A stretch of DNA of 11,235 nucleotides from positions 1-11,235 of the forward strand of contig NW_021827048.1 in NCBI RefSeq assembly GCF_006345805.1, in the 5' to 3' direction. Shown here piece by piece: positions 8,305 to 11,235 of this stretch. Numbering within the stretch: the stretch's first letter is position 1; every line of letters begins with the position of its first letter. Origin of the DNA: Octopus sinensis (lineage: Eukaryota). The notes under the pieces were generated by a model. It saw nothing but the letters and a program-made list of their open reading frames with translations, made no database searches and had not been told where the DNA came from. The position numbers were made by a program, and so were the translations under genes.

Positions 8305-8335
8305 AGCGGAAGAGAAAGAAAGTGGAATTCACGAG
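7862..8335. repeat. Inverted repeat pair bracketing SINE copy 3
   Basis: CTCGTGAATTCCACTTT (7862-7878) is the exact reverse complement of AAAGTGGAATTCACGAG (8319-8335). It extends inward by TTTCTCTT (7879-7886 vs 8310-8317) after a 1-base indel. Confidence 0.85.
7912..8265 (+). mobile_element. tRNA-derived SINE, main family copy 3, with a 42-bp internal deletion
   Basis: Intact GGCGCAGGAG head, A/B-box-like motifs, and AAAAGAGTA tail. Lacks the segment equivalent to 9408-9449 of copy 4. Confidence 0.92.
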
Positions 8336-9113
8336 ATTATATATATACATTTCTGATTTGATGTGTGAGGAAGCAATACTAAACAGGTGAAATGCTAACA
8401 TCACTGCATTGACAGAATTTCGGTTCTTCGATTCAAAATTATGACATTATAAAAGGGTGTGTGCTTCATTTACACAAGTGTAAATTGCCATTTTCCCTGT
8501 AAAGTGATCTGTAATATAATTAGATGATCTCACATACATAAACCCAACACACACATAGATATATACTCATAGACATACGCACACACACACACACATACGC
8601 TCCCTCATATATTCGTATTTATTATATAAAACATTGTATATATTTATGTTAGTTTATATACGCACTCATGTAACATATAAATTGAATAAATATATCTCTA
8701 TAACTATTTATATTTTTGTATTATATATATTTCTCTGGATAGAAATATATATACATTCATTTGTATTACATCATTAAAATTTTAATTTATTTCTTTTATA
8801 TTGTAATAAAACAACATTTGAAAAACACTCGGCTGTTTTACTTTCAATTCTTACCCTTCTATTTCCTTGAATCATTCTGTAGGGGGTCGATTTATTATCT
8901 GCATAACCGATTTCATTTGGGTATATTGCTCGTCTTACTACATTAGATTCCTTTGATGTATGTATGTATGCCGCGCCATTGTAATTATTCAAGACGAATT
9001 ATAATTACCGCAGCTCTGCTCTGCTTATTGATCATGTTAATGAATATCATATGCCTTTATTTACATCCTATAATTTCTCTCCATTTTAAACATGTGTCTA
9101 CAAAAAATTTAAA

Positions 9114-9286
9114 AGTGACTGTGTGGTAAGTAGCTTGCTAACCAACCACATGGTTCCGGGTTCAGTTCCACTGCGTGGCATCTTGGGCAAGTGTCTTCTG
9201 CTATAGCCCCGGGCCGACCAATGCCTTGTGAGTGGATTTGGTAGACGGAAACTGAAAGAAGCCTGTCGTATATATGTATATATATG

Positions 9287-9334
<48 letters not shown>

Positions 9335-9552
9335 TTTGTGTGTCTGTGTTTGTCCCCCTAGCATTGCTTGACAACCGATGCTAGTGTGTTTACGTCCCCG
9401 TCACTTAGCGGTTCGGCAAAAGAGACCGATAGAATAAGTACTGGGCTTACAAAGAATAAGTCCCGGGGTCGATTTGCTCGACTAAAGGCGGTGCTCCAGC
9501 ATGGCCGCAGTCAAAATGACTGAAACAAGTAAAAGAGTAAAGAGTAAAGAGT
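9114..9552 (+). mobile_element. tRNA-derived SINE, main family copy 4, missing ~8 nt at the 5' end
   Basis: Near-identical to copy 3 and to the reverse complement of copy 1; tail AAAAGAGT AAAGAGT AAAGAGT. Confidence 0.92.
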
Positions 9553-10384
9553 TGTAAATTTCTGATATTAGCATGACCCATCGGTACATTTGACCAAGCT
9601 TTAATTTCAGCAGGCCATGTTTAATTTCAGCTGGCGTTTATTAGCATATATCTTACATTTGCATTGTAATTTAAACACAATGTTCGAATTTGAAAACATT
9701 ACTTGTTGCTGTTCCGCAACAGTGTGCAACATAATGCACAACTATTATCATTATCAATAATAAATAGTTTGGAGAAACAATGCATTCTGCGTTGCACAAT
9801 GATACTGCCTTCAAATTCTATCGTATATTGTAATGATATTGGAATTTAAACTGTAGCATTGTTGCTTTAATTCTTACTGTAAATGCTTTTTGATATATCA
9901 GAATATTAATTCATGAGATTCACGCCGAACAGAGAGAATCCAGACAATGACGTATCCATACTCAATACGTGTTGAAAGATTCGAACGCGGATATCTGATC
10001 GTCATTTGAGATTACCTCACTTTAGACGTTTATTTATGGCACATGCGATTCACCGGTGTAGGTGGTAGAATTTCAGACACTAGTATAAAAAGAAATCTTT
10101 AAAATATAAATATAAGCTCATTACATAAAATGAGAAACACGCATACGAAGAAGGAAAATGCCAATTAAACAGCAATAAAAGAAATCAATGACGCCAATCA
10201 GAAAGCAGTATAGGTAATATGCATCGATTAGATTGAAGCAAAATGGTTCGGATCACGTTTAAATTCTCGAGAAACACCTCCAGCCCATTGTGATATCCCT
10301 CACGGCCCGGAAACTAGTAAGTTTTAATTATTTCCAATGATCTTAATTTTTTAAACATGGAAATTAGTCAAACATCAAGCAATG

Positions 10385-10421
10385 CACACACACACACACA
10401 CACACATACACACACACATAC
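10385..10421. repeat. (CA)n microsatellite
   Basis: Directly visible. Confidence 0.9.
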
Positions 10422-10784
10422 ATCACTTGTTAGTTTACATTTATACAGATACGGTTGTCCTATAAAGCTAAAGTATTTAACATCCATTTCGGGCTGAATT
10501 TGTCAGCGAGCAGCTTAGGTTTATAATAAAGCACTCAGCCGGAGTCTTTCATGGATAGGGTTTCGAGACATATGACCGCTTTATGAGGGTAAGTTATACA
10601 GTATCTCTGTTGTTCTATGTCCTAACGGTAACTCTGCGTTTGAAAAGATATCAACTTCTTTGCATCGTACAATATAAACATACATATACACAAACAACAC
10701 ACAAACAACACACACACACACACATATCTATGTGTGTGCGTGTGTGTATGTGTGTATAGCTGAAATTTATACAAAAATAAAAGA

Positions 10785-10872
10785 GGAAGACAGGTGTATG
10801 AACAGCAAGCAGGTGCATCAGTTCGATGCTCGGGAACTTTTACGTTTCGAGCCTACGGTCTTTAACAGAAAG
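10785..10872 (-). mobile_element. Possible Penelope-like element terminal-repeat fragment with a degenerate minimal hammerhead motif
   Basis: Minus strand of 10837-10872 reads CTTT CTGTTAAA GACC GTAG GCTC GAAA CG TA AAAG, the layout of a minimal type I hammerhead with a mutated core. No RT or GIY-YIG coding sequence is seen. The surrounding sequence resembles an octopus repeat from memory only. Confidence 0.4.
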
Positions 10873-11235
10873 AAATAAGAGAAAATAAACAGAGTGAGTA
10901 AAAAAAATCTTGTCGACTTCAGCAGTCCAGCATGGCTAAAAATTATATATATATATATATTAATAAATTAAATAATATAAATATAAAAATATACATACAT
11001 ACATATATATATATATATTTGTATATATATATAAAATTTATAAGTTTAAATTTTTTATTCTTAACTTTTATATTTTTAAATTAATTTTATGTATTGGCTT
11101 ATGTTCTTCACTGTTTGATTTGCCTAATAGTGGTTTTATCTCTAATTTAATATAATAGCATATAATATAATATATTTATACTATAAAATTGGATTTAATC
11201 CTAAATCTCATTTTTCCCTGTAAGTTTGGATTTAT

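Noticed and set aside
8722-8753. 13-bp hairpin TATATATATTTCT / AGAAATATATATA
   Set aside because: Most of the stem is self-complementary TA repeat, which is expected by chance here.
10930-11235. Extremely AT-rich end as a possible mitochondrial insertion
   Set aside because: I could not recognise any mitochondrial protein, tRNA or rRNA sequence in it.

Overview
AT-rich, microsatellite- and SINE-dense animal genomic DNA. The repeat content and the gene suggest an octopod cephalopod; this is recognition from memory, not a database result. The window holds one credible protein-coding gene, an interleukin-17 family cytokine on the + strand. Its main exon is 5543-6070. A candidate 15-nt first coding exon at 421-435 (MKMIQ, donor GTAAGA) joins in frame across a ~5.1 kb intron to give a 180-aa secreted protein. 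All other ORFs in the supplied track are translations of microsatellites or SINEs. Notable structure: a ~690-bp near-perfect palindrome in the intron just upstream of the main exon; a 14-copy 23-bp minisatellite downstream of the stop codon whose unit carries the AU-rich-element nonamer TTATTTAAA; a SINE with a 17-bp target-site duplication nested in an older SINE; a SINE bracketed by inverted rather than direct repeats; and a degenerate minimal-hammerhead-like motif of the Penelope-element type near the right end.
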